A stretch of DNA of 64,000 bases from Pseudomonadota bacterium (GTDB lineage Bacteria; Myxococcota; JACRCW01; JAFGSX01): positions 60,170 through 124,169 of the forward strand of contig JBDRCO010000134.1 in assembly GCA_043821645.1 (NCBI GenBank), read 5' to 3'. Below the pieces are notes generated by a model. That model saw nothing but the letters and a program-made list of their open reading frames with translations. It was not told the origin of the DNA and ran no database searches. The translations under genes were made by a program, and so were the position numbers. Shown here one piece after another: positions 63,507 to 64,000 of the stretch (position 1 is its first letter; every line of letters starts with the position of its first letter).

Positions 63507-64000
63507 TGGAGGCCGGAACCCTTCTCGAGTACCTGATGCCCCTGCGCACGGTGCCCTCGACCTTCGCGCGCATGGATACCCAGCGCGCCATGTTGCAGGA
63601 CCGCGCGCGTGTCGAGGCTCTGGCGCGGGCCATCGCGGGCTCGGTGCGGCCAGGGGACGTCGTGGTGGAGGTCGGCACCGGCTGTGGCCTGCTCGCGGTT
63701 CTGGCAGCCCGGGCAGGAGCCCGCCGCGTCTTCGCCATCGAGGCCACCGAGCTGTGGCAGGTCGCGCGCGACGTGATCGCGCACAATGGCGTGGCAGATG
63801 TGGTGCAGGTGATCCCCGGCATGTCCTTCGACGTCGAGCTACCCGAGCGCGGGGACGTTCTGATCACCGAGACCCTCGGCCACCTCGGTGTCGACGAGGG
63901 CATCGTGGCCACGGTGGCGGACGCCCGGGGGCGGCTGCTCAAGCCCGGGGCGAGACTGGTGCCCGAGCGCATCGACATCCTGCTCGCCCTGACCTCGGAC
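63503..64000 (+). CDS. PRMT-like class I SAM-dependent methyltransferase, runs off window
   Basis: Not in the ORF track; ATGA overlap with the upstream stop; manual translation: QRAMLQDRARVEALARAI, VVVEVGTGCGLLAVLAARAGARRVFAIE, ELPERGDVLITETLGHLGVDEG, LLKPGARLVP. Confidence 0.82.
   Translation, partial: MMEAGTLLEYLMPLRTVPSTFARMDTQRAMLQDRARVEALARAIAGSVRPGDVVVEVGTGCGLLAVLAARAGARRVFAIEATELWQVARDVIAHNGVADVVQVIPGMSFDVELPERGDVLITETLGHLGVDEGIVATVADARGRLLKPGARLVPERIDILLALTSD

Overview
High-GC window from what looks like a myxobacterium (Myxococcota). The evidence is an AglZ orthologue, a MYXO-CTERM protein, an IgGFc-binding lipoprotein and other Cys-rich lipoproteins with Asp-Ala linkers. 1-10 kb: housekeeping and stress genes (glycerate kinase, HEAT protein, antiporter, USP, RhlE helicase, double DsbA) plus a secreted-effector-like papain-fold protein. 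10-30 kb: cell-surface block. It starts with the most interesting locus: two co-transcribed proteins that each end in a single TolC/OEP-like repeat (one fused to a ComEA DNA-binding domain, one to a beta-propeller), a lamin-tail/Ig lipoprotein, and a divergent ComEC-type metallo-beta-lactamase lipoprotein. I propose this as a candidate outer-membrane DNA capture/uptake system (inference). Next come a BPI/TULIP-like MYXO-CTERM protein, an IgGFc-binding lipoprotein, a ~2150-aa teneurin-like RHS protein split by a 1-nt frameshift, and a trimeric fibre-like adhesin. 30-46 kb: tRNA-Cys, aglZ, a MshEN-GAF-HEAT protein, a repeat lipoprotein, a frameshifted acyl-CoA ligase, a 37-aa basic protein missing from the ORF track, and an aminotransferase-pckA operon. 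46-64 kb: carbamoyltransferase/SxtJ/SGNH/SxtK module, a second MshEN-GAF protein, a Wzm/Wzt glycan locus, a TMTC-like TPR glycosyltransferase, a P-loop protein and a PRMT-like methyltransferase (partial). I saw no CRISPR, rRNA, integrase or transposase. All family assignments come from recognising motifs by eye; no searches were run.
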